Below are positions 34,036 through 41,744 of a stretch of 52,008 nucleotides of DNA, piece after piece. The position numbers and the translations under genes are program-made. Origin of the DNA: Patescibacteria group bacterium. GTDB lineage: Bacteria > Patescibacteriota > Microgenomatia > Daviesbacterales > UBA10151. Every line of letters begins with the position of its first letter. Position 1 is the first letter of the stretch. The notes beneath the pieces are model-generated. The model saw nothing but the letters and a program-made list of their open reading frames with translations, had not been told where the DNA came from and ran no database searches. Where the stretch lies: assembly GCA_038064895.1 (NCBI GenBank), contig JBBTSA010000014.1, forward strand, positions 9,962 to 61,969, in the 5' to 3' direction.

Positions 34036-34899
34036 ATGACCGCTCTTAAAGATGCCCACAAACAATTTATTGACTATCTTAAGGGCAAAAATCGTGCCTC
34101 TGCTACTATCTTAGCCTATGGGAAAGACATTGATCAACTGGTAGTCTATTTGGAGAACTTAGGCAAAACCGATCCAGACACAGTTAACACTGAAGATCTC
34201 CAAGCTTTCATGGAAAAATTATCAAAAGAAGCTTATACCCCAAAATCAATCTCAAGAAAAACAAATTCAACTAAAACATTCTTTAAATTCCTAAAAACCC
34301 AAGGATTTGCTAATGAAGATGCGGCAGCAGGACTTTTACATCCCAAATTTGAGAATAAGCCTCCAAGAATATTAACAAAGCTTGAATATAGAGCCTTAAG
34401 GGATGCTGCCAGAACAGATGTTAGAATGCTTGGTGTTATTGAACTCTTACTCCAAACTGGTGTTAGGATTGGTGAACTTGCAAAACTTAGAGTTGAAGAT
34501 ATAGATTTACAAAATGGGACAATCCATGTTCCCCTATTTGAAGATACAAGAGAAAGAACTATCCCATTAAATACTCCTGCTGCAGAGGCAGTTAGAAAAT
34601 ATTTGGAAATAAGACCCAAAACTCAAAACCATGCACTTTTTATTACTAAAACAGGAAGACCCCTTTTAATTAGAAATATTAGGGCTGCAATTGATAGATA
34701 TTTTAGAATTGCAGGAATAAAGATGGCTAAAGTTAATGACTTAAGACACACCTGGGTTGCACATCAGCTTCAATCAGGAGTATCTTTGGTAACTGTTTCC
34801 AAGCTTGCAGGGCATAAAAGATTATCAACAACTGAAAGATATCTTCAATTCATCCAAAACCATAATGGAGATAGTAAGGTAAAACTGGAGGAATTATAA
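34036..34899 (+). CDS. tyrosine recombinase, XerC/XerD family
   Basis: 287 aa. N-terminal SAM-like core-binding domain. Catalytic region RIGEL.., LRHTWVAH, GHKRLSTTERY (R..HxxR..Y). Confidence 0.85.
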   Translation: MTALKDAHKQFIDYLKGKNRASATILAYGKDIDQLVVYLENLGKTDPDTVNTEDLQAFMEKLSKEAYTPKSISRKTNSTKTFFKFLKTQGFANEDAAAGLLHPKFENKPPRILTKLEYRALRDAARTDVRMLGVIELLLQTGVRIGELAKLRVEDIDLQNGTIHVPLFEDTRERTIPLNTPAAEAVRKYLEIRPKTQNHALFITKTGRPLLIRNIRAAIDRYFRIAGIKMAKVNDLRHTWVAHQLQSGVSLVTVSKLAGHKRLSTTERYLQFIQNHNGDSKVKLEEL

Positions 34900-35273
34900 T
34901 GTCTGAACAGCAAGAATTAAGACCTTCACTCAATGAAATCGTTGATCAAGCTAAAGCTAACTTTTGGTCAAAAGACCGTGTAGAACGAGAAGATAATCTT
35001 TTTGAATCTTATAACTATCTTATGGCAGCAGACGATGCTGTGGTTCAGTCTAATATAGACGCAGTAGCACAACTACCATTTGTAATACGACAAACTAAAA
35101 TAAGAGCTAATGATATTGAGTGGAGTGATTTTTGTGACAGTTTAGAAAACGATCTAAACTGGGAGAGTTTTTGTCGCCATATTATTGAAGAAATCACAGC
35201 ACAGGAGTTATTATCAGATCCCATGGTTGCAGTTGAGGAGCAACGAAGATATGATACAGAAAATGAAATATAA
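34899..35273 (+). CDS. acidic hypothetical protein
   Basis: 124 aa, rich in Asp/Glu. Its ATG overlaps the recombinase stop (TAATG). Confidence 0.55.
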   Translation: MSEQQELRPSLNEIVDQAKANFWSKDRVEREDNLFESYNYLMAADDAVVQSNIDAVAQLPFVIRQTKIRANDIEWSDFCDSLENDLNWESFCRHIIEEITAQELLSDPMVAVEEQRRYDTENEI

Positions 35274-35322
35274 ACTTCTTAATAAACTTATTCAAACCTC
35301 CTGAAGTTACAAAAATTTATGA

Positions 35323-35339
35323 TGTGGGCGGACCTGGAT
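35323..35339. repeat. 17-nt direct repeat (copy 1), part of a tRNA 3'-end-like fragment
   Basis: tgtgggcggacctggat. With the next 6 nt, the reverse complement reads CGAATCCAGGTCCGCCCA (T-loop/acceptor-like). Confidence 0.7.
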
Positions 35340-35355
35340 TCGGCAAAACGCGCTC

Positions 35356-35384
35356 TTGACAAATTCTTTTCTTTTTAGTATTCT
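35356..35384 (+). promoter_or_regulatory. putative promoter plus palindromic operator for the AbrB-PIN module
   Basis: ttgaca (35356-61), N17, tattct, followed by the near-palindrome ttctaaaatttagaattttagaa. Confidence 0.35.
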
Positions 35385-35416
35385 AAAATTTAGAATTTTA
35401 GAAAGTAGGAAAAATT

Positions 35417-35674
35417 ATGCAGCAAGTAGTTATTAAACCGCTAGCCAAAGGCCAAATCACCATTCCGATATCTTTCAGGAAAACCCTGGGAATAGATAAA
35501 TCTACCCTTTTTAAAGCACAGTTAAAAAAAGACGGAATACTTCTTACTCCTCTGCAATTTGACTGGCAGGAAAAATACATCAGGGAATTTACGGATGATG
35601 AAATCAAAGAGTGGCTTAGGGAAGACAGGCTTGATAAAAAAGAGCTCAAAAAAATCAAGCAATACCTTAAATGA
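35417..35674 (+). CDS. AbrB/MazE-type antitoxin
   Basis: 85 aa. KGQITIPISFRKTLGI SpoVT/AbrB motif. 4-nt overlap with the PIN gene. Confidence 0.75.
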   Translation: MQQVVIKPLAKGQITIPISFRKTLGIDKSTLFKAQLKKDGILLTPLQFDWQEKYIREFTDDEIKEWLREDRLDKKELKKIKQYLK

Positions 35675-36105
35675 AGGTTTTTCTGGATGCCTCTGTAATT
35701 ATTACCGGAATAAATTCCAAAAACTCTGCCTCTAATATTATTCTGAAGCTTTCTCAAAAAGGAAAAATTAAAACCTTTGTTTCCTCTATTACTCTGAATG
35801 AGGTAATAAGAAACTTAAATAAAAAGTTTCCAAAAGAGGTACTGCAGGATTTTCTAACCTATCTTTCTAAAAGCAATTTTAAAAAAATAGAATTTAAGGA
35901 TGAATCGGAAGTTTTAAAATTTCAAGGAGTAACTACTCAAAAAGATATTCATGTTATAGCAGCGGCAAGTAAAGCCAAGGTAGATTTTATAATTACTTTT
36001 GATAGAAAACACTTATTATCCATTAAAGAAGGCACTTTACCGTTTATAATTCTTTCACCAGCTGATTTGATTAAGAAAATATTCTCAAAAAACCAATCTA
36101 AATAG
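35671..36105 (+). CDS. PIN-domain toxin
   Basis: 144 aa. MKVFLDASVII N-terminus and TFDRKH near the C-terminus (PIN acidic residues). Confidence 0.75.
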   Translation: MKVFLDASVIITGINSKNSASNIILKLSQKGKIKTFVSSITLNEVIRNLNKKFPKEVLQDFLTYLSKSNFKKIEFKDESEVLKFQGVTTQKDIHVIAAASKAKVDFIITFDRKHLLSIKEGTLPFIILSPADLIKKIFSKNQSK

Positions 36106-36110
36106 ATGAG

Positions 36111-36127
36111 TGTGGGCGGACCTGGAT
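36111..36127. repeat. 17-nt direct repeat (copy 2)
   Basis: tgtgggcggacctggat is identical to 35323-35339. It lies 42 nt from the 3' end of tRNA-Ile. Confidence 0.7.
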
Positions 36128-36169
36128 AAGTAACCTGTCCTTCGGACAGAACGAACCAGGAACCAGTTG

Positions 36170-36241
36170 TAGGCCCGGAAGGAGTCGAACCCTCGTCATC
36201 ACTGTATAAGAATGAGGTATTAACCGTTATACGACGGGCCT
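36170..36241 (-). tRNA. tRNA-Ile (anticodon UAU)
   Basis: Hand-folded 72-nt cloverleaf: AGGCCCG/CGGGCCT acceptor stem, U8, D stem GTAT/ATAC with GG loop, anticodon stem TCATT/AGTGA, loop CTTATAC, T arm GAGGG-TTCGACT-CCTTC, discriminator A. Confidence 0.85.
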
Positions 36242-36275
36242 GTTAGGAATTATACCAAAGCTCACCTTAAGTGTC

Positions 36276-36342
36276 ATGCCGAATCCTGAAAGTGTTATCC
36301 CGAATTTATTTCGGGATCTTCAGGACAAGCTTGTTTCGGCAT
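36276..36342. repeat. 67-nt imperfect palindromic element
   Basis: ATGCCGAAtCCTGAAagtgttATCCCGAAtttatTTCGGGATcTTCAGGacaagcttgtTTCGGCAT. It overlaps the 3' end of the GIY-YIG ORF and supplies its C-terminal tail. Confidence 0.75.
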
Positions 36343-36619
36343 CTACTGATAAATCCCTAAGAGTTGGATTAGTATTTTTAATCAAATTTAGCTTCCATTC
36401 TCTGTGCCAATTCTTTAATTGTTTTTCTCTTACTAATGCATCGTTTACCTGACTACACTCTTCAAAATAAATTAATTTCTTCAGTTTGTACTTTTTAGTA
36501 AAACCATCTATAAGTTCATTTTTGTGTTCATATATTCTTCTCTCTAGATTATTGGTAACCCCTATATAAAGGGTTGTATTGTTTTTATTAGTTAGAATAT
36601 ACACATAGTAAGAATTCAT
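36320..36619 (-). CDS. GIY-YIG nuclease family protein (small)
   Basis: 99 aa. YYVYILTNKNNTTLYIGVTNNLERRIYEHK, ALVREKQLK. The last about 15 aa are encoded by the palindromic element. Confidence 0.8.
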   Translation of the reverse strand: MNSYYVYILTNKNNTTLYIGVTNNLERRIYEHKNELIDGFTKKYKLKKLIYFEECSQVNDALVREKQLKNWHREWKLNLIKNTNPTLRDLSVDAETSLS

Positions 36620-36657
36620 GAAAGAGACCCTTAAACAAGTTCAGGGTGACAATAAAA

Positions 36658-39003
36658 TTACAGCTTTGCTCTTTGGACAATTGATGCTTCAACTTGGGTA
36701 ACATCACGGCCATATTTAATCCTGGACAACTCCCTTATCGCCTGTCCTATTTGAGAATTAAGCATAGATTTCCACTTATTCATATCTTTTGTCGTATCCA
36801 AAGAAAACGGCACAACAGGTTCCCCGGAAACTATTGTTTTAATATATGCATGCGGAGATTCAATATTTACAAGATCCGCCTCTTGGAAGATAGGTGTAAA
36901 TTCATGCTGAAGATAATTTGCATCAGTTACTCCAACCCTAAATCCAATAACAGTACCCACATTCCCAAAAACAGCATTTTTCAAATCCTCTCCAATTTGC
37001 CCAATAAACTGATTTGCAACAATTAAATTTAATCTATATTTTCTAGCCTCGGATAAAATATCAGCAAAAGTATCAGTTGCAAAGTTTTGAAACTCATCAA
37101 CATAAAGATAGAAGTCTTTACGTTTCTCCTCTTGAGTTTCAGCCCTTGACATGGCTGCTGCCAAAATTTTTGGAACAAGGATTAATCCTAAAAAGTTTGA
37201 ATTTTCCTCACCTATTTTTCCTTTAGATAAATTGATTATTAAAACCTTGCCCTCATCCATAATCTTCCTAAGATCAAAAGAAGAATGGGATTGCCCAATA
37301 ATGTTTCTCATCATTTTATTTGTGACAAATCTTCCGAATTTGGAAACCGTATAATCCAAAACTTCAGATTTATGAAAATCCGTGGTTTGGGCAATTTGAT
37401 CTGTCCAATATCTTCTTACCACAGGATCCGCTACTTTTGGCAAAAGCTCTCTAACAAAATTTGCATCAGTCATGATACGCATAACCTCAACAAAAGTTGC
37501 CCCCTCTTGGCTCATTGCAGTAAGCATTGCATTCCTTACTCCGTGCTCAAATCTGGGACCAATAATTCCTGTTTTATTTGGATCAAAAAGCTTATACATA
37601 AGTCCTATGATTGAAGCAACAACAAAGTGTTTTTGCTGTTCAGTGTATGCCTCAAGCATATTAAGCCCAAAAGGACGAGAAACATCCGAAGGATCAAAAT
37701 AAATTACATCTTCTGCTCTATTCGGAGGAATAAGTTGAAGCATTTCTTCTGCCGCGTCACCATGAGGATCAATAAAACATAAGCCTTTTCCAGCCAAAAT
37801 ATCTTGAAGCATTAAACTTTTAAGAAGCTCGGTTTTACCTGTTCCTGTTCTGCCAATGACATACATGTGTCTTCTTCTATCGTCTTCCGCAAGATATACA
37901 GGCCTTACTACCCCTCTAAAAACAGACCTTCCTAAATATAGACCTGATGTTGGTATTTTCTCCGGTGCAGGTGCCCTTTTGGAAGAAAGCCAAGAAATAT
38001 AAGGGGTTTCTATGGATTTATTTGGAAAATGAAAGGCCGAGGCAAGTTCATCCGGTGTTAAGATTGGCATTTTTGAATATTTTGGCAAATATCTATAAAT
38101 AAAATCAGTCATAAATCCCTTTTCAGAATATATCTTTTGGGAAGTAAGAGAGTTATATGGTCCTGAAAATTGTTCAAAAGCAGCCTTTATATTAGCCAGG
38201 TGTGTTTTAGCAAATTCAGATGTTGAGGATGAAACTACAACCCTGATAGAAGTGTAAAATCCGGGCCTTGCAATTTTTCCTTCAACAGCTTCAAGCTGTT
38301 TGGCATCGGGAGGAGGCTTTGGATTTTTCTCATCTCCCGGTTCTTTTTGTTTTTTAACCCATTCTTTGCCTTTATCTTTCCATTTATCATCTGATGGCGA
38401 AATAATCAACTGTACAGATGCTCCCTCCCCCGGTTGCATTTTGGCTAAAGCAGAAGTTAAGGCAGAGAGAGGGTCTGTTGGTAAATCACGGAAGGTTTTT
38501 AATGGGAACCAGTCAGTATTTTTTAGCTTTAAAGAAGCATAAGCAGTTTGTCCTGTTTCTGAAAAAATATTGTATTCTGGGACTTCTTTAATTTCTGCAT
38601 CCGGATATGCTCCATTTATTTGTTTTTCCAAAAGATCCTTATGATCTTTATGGCAGGAAACGAAAAATCTTATAGATTCATGAATCGCAACTATTTCAAA
38701 GGAAAGTTGCGGTTGAGGATTAAAAGTTGAAAGAAGTCCTCCTGATTTTCTTAAAGCCGCAAAGGTCGCAAAAAGCTGTTCTGCAGCATCAATTTTTATT
38801 TCATTTCCTCTTGGGACTTTAATTTGTAAAACAACAAACTGCAAAGAAGATTTTTCTCTTTGTCTGTATTTAATCCATCCTACAAAAAATTTTTTAACAT
38901 AAAACCCAAGTCCAACAAAGATTAAAATTACAGCTAAGGCTGCAACAACTGTAGCTATTAAACCAAAAATATCAAAATTACCTGTAGTTTGTACAACTTC
39001 CAT
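36658..39003 (-). CDS. VirD4/TraG-type (type IV coupling-protein-like) P-loop ATPase with N-terminal TM
   Basis: 781 aa. TM near the N-terminus, Walker A GRTGTGKT, Walker B LYVDEFQNF, overall FtsK/HerA/TraG-like layout. The exact family was not verified. Confidence 0.6.
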   Translation of the reverse strand: MEVVQTTGNFDIFGLIATVVAALAVILIFVGLGFYVKKFFVGWIKYRQREKSSLQFVVLQIKVPRGNEIKIDAAEQLFATFAALRKSGGLLSTFNPQPQLSFEIVAIHESIRFFVSCHKDHKDLLEKQINGAYPDAEIKEVPEYNIFSETGQTAYASLKLKNTDWFPLKTFRDLPTDPLSALTSALAKMQPGEGASVQLIISPSDDKWKDKGKEWVKKQKEPGDEKNPKPPPDAKQLEAVEGKIARPGFYTSIRVVVSSSTSEFAKTHLANIKAAFEQFSGPYNSLTSQKIYSEKGFMTDFIYRYLPKYSKMPILTPDELASAFHFPNKSIETPYISWLSSKRAPAPEKIPTSGLYLGRSVFRGVVRPVYLAEDDRRRHMYVIGRTGTGKTELLKSLMLQDILAGKGLCFIDPHGDAAEEMLQLIPPNRAEDVIYFDPSDVSRPFGLNMLEAYTEQQKHFVVASIIGLMYKLFDPNKTGIIGPRFEHGVRNAMLTAMSQEGATFVEVMRIMTDANFVRELLPKVADPVVRRYWTDQIAQTTDFHKSEVLDYTVSKFGRFVTNKMMRNIIGQSHSSFDLRKIMDEGKVLIINLSKGKIGEENSNFLGLILVPKILAAAMSRAETQEEKRKDFYLYVDEFQNFATDTFADILSEARKYRLNLIVANQFIGQIGEDLKNAVFGNVGTVIGFRVGVTDANYLQHEFTPIFQEADLVNIESPHAYIKTIVSGEPVVPFSLDTTKDMNKWKSMLNSQIGQAIRELSRIKYGRDVTQVEASIVQRAKL

Positions 39004-39010
39004 ATTAGAT

Positions 39011-39271
39011 TTATGCTGCCTTCTTGCGAGAAATTCTTCTCATGAGTCTTCTATACCAAGGCCCGGATTCCTTAAATCCAATGTGACTTGCCTCCCCTCT
39101 TACCAGTTGATCCAAAGGAGCCCCTACAATACGTACCATATCGCCTATGCCTTCAAGTGCAGAATGATCATCAGGATTTACACTAGCTGGAGTTTCATTA
39201 TGTCCTAGTTGATTCATATTACCAGCAACACCCTTATGTAAATCCTGTTCCTTTTGAGCAGCATCCTCCAT
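39011..39271 (-). CDS. hypothetical protein
   Basis: 86-aa ORF immediately upstream of the ATPase gene. Basic C-terminus. Confidence 0.45.
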   Translation of the reverse strand: MEDAAQKEQDLHKGVAGNMNQLGHNETPASVNPDDHSALEGIGDMVRIVGAPLDQLVRGEASHIGFKESGPWYRRLMRRISRKKAA

Positions 39272-39316
39272 AAACCTATTATCTCACGTTTTTTATTATG
39301 TTAGTATACATCCTGT

Positions 39317-40036
39317 ATGCAACTTAAGGCTAAAAAAATCAAAAAAGAAACTAAAGGCATCTTTAGTTTAATTTTGGAAAAACCAGAAAATTTTATGTTT
39401 TATCCTGGACAATTTTTAGATATTGAACTACCAGTGAATGATCCAAAAGGTAACACCAGAATTTTATCTATTTCATCATCCCCCTCTGAAGATTTTATAA
39501 TGCTTACCTTTAAGCTAACTTCAAGTCCTTTTAATAAGAAGTTGCAGGATTTAAAGGTAGGTGATTTAATTTCTTCCTCTTATCCTGCTGGAACTGTAGT
39601 TATAGATGATTCATCTCCTATTATCTTTATGGCAGGAGGAATTGGAATTGCTCCACACAGATCTATGATTAAATGGGCAGTGGATCAATCCCGATTAAAT
39701 CGGGATCAAAAGCTTAATTTACCAATAACCTTAATTTATTCCAATTCAGATTCAGATTTTATATTCAAAAAAGAGCTGGATCAGTGGGTAAAAACTTATC
39801 CCAAACTTACTATCCACTACATAGTTACATCAAAAGATGGCCGTTTGGATTCAGAGAAATTAAAACTATACCCTATACCCTACCTCCGCGGAGCGGAGGC
39901 AAGCTCTGCTTATACCCTATATCCTATCTTCTACCTGGCTGGACCTCCAAGTATGGTTGATGATTTTGAAAATATTCTTTTAAATTTAGGAATTGATGAA
40001 ACTTCAATAAGAACTGATAGATTTGATGGGCTTTAG
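39317..40036 (+). CDS. FNR-type FAD/NAD(P)-binding oxidoreductase
   Basis: 239 aa. RILSISS (RxYS-type FAD motif), MAGGIGIAP (NAD-binding), C-terminal YLAGPPSMV. Contains an in-frame GC-rich insertion. Confidence 0.75.
   Translation: MQLKAKKIKKETKGIFSLILEKPENFMFYPGQFLDIELPVNDPKGNTRILSISSSPSEDFIMLTFKLTSSPFNKKLQDLKVGDLISSSYPAGTVVIDDSSPIIFMAGGIGIAPHRSMIKWAVDQSRLNRDQKLNLPITLIYSNSDSDFIFKKELDQWVKTYPKLTIHYIVTSKDGRLDSEKLKLYPIPYLRGAEASSAYTLYPIFYLAGPPSMVDDFENILLNLGIDETSIRTDRFDGL
39868..39925. repeat. GC-rich palindrome (CCTCCGCGGAGCGGAGG) flanked by TACCCTAT-type short repeats, in frame
   Basis: Translated YPIPYLRGAEASSAYTLYP, directly before the conserved YLAGPP motif. Confidence 0.7.
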
Positions 40037-40381
40037 GGTTCTCCCTTTCCTACCATAAATCCCTTGATAAATCACTTTACCCACAATTTGATCCATATTT
40101 ATTGGTCCAAAATCTCTACTATCAATACTTTCTTGTTTGTTGTCACCCTCAAGCCAAACCTGATCACCATCAATTTTCTGTATTCTTTTTATAATTTCCC
40201 TGTTCACTGTACCTCTTCGAGCCTGAGCCTCAGAGCCGAAGGCCTGTTTACTGTTAATTACTACAATATCTCCAACTTTTGGATTTACAAACCAATTAAC
40301 AGACAAAACATCCTGACCAGGATAAAGGGTTGGAGTCATGGAATTACCTGAAACTGTAAATCTTGAAATTGGACTTTTCAA
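40004..40381 (-). CDS. sodX: S26-family peptidase, Ni-SOD maturation protease-like
   Basis: 125 aa. VSGNSMTPTL catalytic Ser motif. Immediately downstream of sodN, overlapping it by 4 nt. Confidence 0.7.
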   Translation of the reverse strand: MKSPISRFTVSGNSMTPTLYPGQDVLSVNWFVNPKVGDIVVINSKQAFGSEAQARRGTVNREIIKRIQKIDGDQVWLEGDNKQESIDSRDFGPINMDQIVGKVIYQGIYGRKGRTLKPIKSISSY

Positions 40382-40821
40382 TGTGTGTGAGTTTTTTCAA
40401 AAATAACTGCTATTTTATCAACAGCTTCAATTAACTCCTTGGCTTTTACTTCATCCACTGCCCTTTTATTATCAGAACATAGTTTGGCTGTTTTCCAAAT
40501 TAGATCATGAAGATCCGGAAATTTTTCTAAATGTTCACTCTTAAAATAATCTGTCCAAAGAATAAGAATTTCTTTTTTACAAATTTCTGCATGTTCTTCT
40601 TTAACCTGAACCATCCTAACAAAACTATTTCTATCTTCCACAGAAGCATTTTCCTTCGGGAGTTCATTAATTTTTTGAACCATGGTTAAGACAGTCTTAG
40701 CAGCAAGCTGGGCACTTTTAGGATCATAAATTCCGCAAGGAATATCACAATGAGCATATACTGACCTTGTAGGAAGAAGTTTAATTAAAAAATCCAGAAT
40801 TCTCACAATTTTATTATACAC
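40378..40821 (-). CDS. sodN: nickel superoxide dismutase precursor
   Basis: 147 aa (GTG start). Ni-hook HCDIPCGIYDP preceded by a cleavable leader. Confidence 0.85.
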   Translation of the reverse strand: MYNKIVRILDFLIKLLPTRSVYAHCDIPCGIYDPKSAQLAAKTVLTMVQKINELPKENASVEDRNSFVRMVQVKEEHAEICKKEILILWTDYFKSEHLEKFPDLHDLIWKTAKLCSDNKRAVDEVKAKELIEAVDKIAVIFEKTHTH

Positions 40822-40823
40822 CT

Positions 40824-40910
40824 ATTTTAAATTTTCTAAATCCCGATCTAATCGGGATAAATATTCTTCTGCTTGCCCCGCGAAGCCTTGGCGAAGTGGG
40901 GCATCAAAGG
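40824..40910. repeat. direct repeat DR1: copy of the trxB 3' coding end, itself interrupted by a 30-nt GC-rich element (40873-40902)
   Basis: 40824-40869 is 46/46 identical to 43024-43069. It still reads EEYLSRLDRDLENLK-stop, and the sodN GTG start follows that pseudo-stop directly. Confidence 0.85.
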
Positions 40911-40915
40911 CTACT

Positions 40916-41185
40916 TTAATCATATAATTCTGGGTGTGTTCCTATTGCAACAAAATAGGCAACCGGTTCTCCTAATTCATTCATTTCTTCATAAATAGCT
41001 CTGTAGTCAGCGGTTACATCAATACTTCTATATCCTACATATTCATCTTTTAATGGATGATTATTAAGCTGAGGGTCAAATGGATTTTCTTGAAAAATTG
41101 CTATTTTTTCTTTAAGGCTTTTACGTATTCTAACATCGAGCTTTTTAAATCTCTCAATAAAGAGAGTGTCATATTTTACTATCAT
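40916..41185 (-). CDS. relE: RelE/ParE-family toxin
   Basis: 89 aa. Typical RelE/YafQ-like pattern (..LNNHPLKDEYVGYRSIDV..DYRAIY). 4-nt overlap with the antitoxin gene. Confidence 0.75.
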   Translation of the reverse strand: MIVKYDTLFIERFKKLDVRIRKSLKEKIAIFQENPFDPQLNNHPLKDEYVGYRSIDVTADYRAIYEEMNELGEPVAYFVAIGTHPELYD

Positions 41186-41463
41186 ATCTCATGATCTTCG
41201 AGATATTTTATTGCATCCTTAGCACTTTTGAAAGCCGGAGAGGTGTTTCCTTTTCTATAGTTTTCTTTTGCTTGCTTCATAATAGACCTAAGGTATGCAT
41301 TTGGTCTTTCTTCCAGACTAAAATGAACTTCTTTTGTCCTGATTAGATGTCTTAAATAGCCATCAATTAAACTACTTAAAGAAAATCCTAGATTTTTAGC
41401 TACTTTTTGAGCTTTTTTCTTAGTTTCAGGTTCAGTTTTAATATTAATTACGGCTGTTTGCAT
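41182..41463 (-). CDS. relB: RelB/DinJ-family antitoxin
   Basis: 93 aa. N-terminal RHH-like INIKTEPETKKKAQKVAKNLGFSLSSLI. Confidence 0.7.
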   Translation of the reverse strand: MQTAVINIKTEPETKKKAQKVAKNLGFSLSSLIDGYLRHLIRTKEVHFSLEERPNAYLRSIMKQAKENYRKGNTSPAFKSAKDAIKYLEDHEI

Positions 41464-41530
41464 AGTTTAACTCCAACTTACTATATATACTAAGTATATA
41501 CTTTATATATACCTAATGTCAAGTCTTAAT

Positions 41531-41583
41531 ATTTTCTAAATCCCGATCAAATCGGGATAAATATTCTTCTGCATCAAATGCTG
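41531..41583. repeat. direct repeat DR2: diverged copy of the trxB 3' coding end
   Basis: attttctaaatcccgatcAaatcgggataaatattcttcTGcatcaaatgcTgc. Still an open frame reading AAFDAEEYLSRFDRDLENIKT-stop. Confidence 0.8.
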
Positions 41584-41594
41584 CTTAATTTTTC

Positions 41595-41744
41595 CTAATC
41601 TTTTATTTTGTATTCTTTTGTACTAATAAGAATCACTAGCGGCTTACCTGACCTTGTAACTGTAATCTTCTTTCTACCAAAGTGGACTTCATTTAAAATC
41701 TCGGCAAAATTCTGCCTGGCATATTTAGCAGTAACAGTCTTCAT
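41595..41744 (-). CDS. Phd/YefM-type antitoxin, orphan (no toxin gene follows)
   Basis: 49-aa ORF not in the supplied track: MKTVTAKYARQNFAEILNEVHFGRKKITVTRSGKPLVILISTKEYKIKD. Classic Phd/YefM N-terminal domain. Confidence 0.65.
   Translation of the reverse strand: MKTVTAKYARQNFAEILNEVHFGRKKITVTRSGKPLVILISTKEYKIKD

Noticed and set aside
33605-34036. 143-aa ORF on the + strand.
   Set aside because: It is antisense to the ftsB/divIC-like gene, which has a clear family signature.
35398-35757. 119-aa ORF on the - strand.
   Set aside because: It is antisense to the AbrB-type antitoxin and the PIN gene start.
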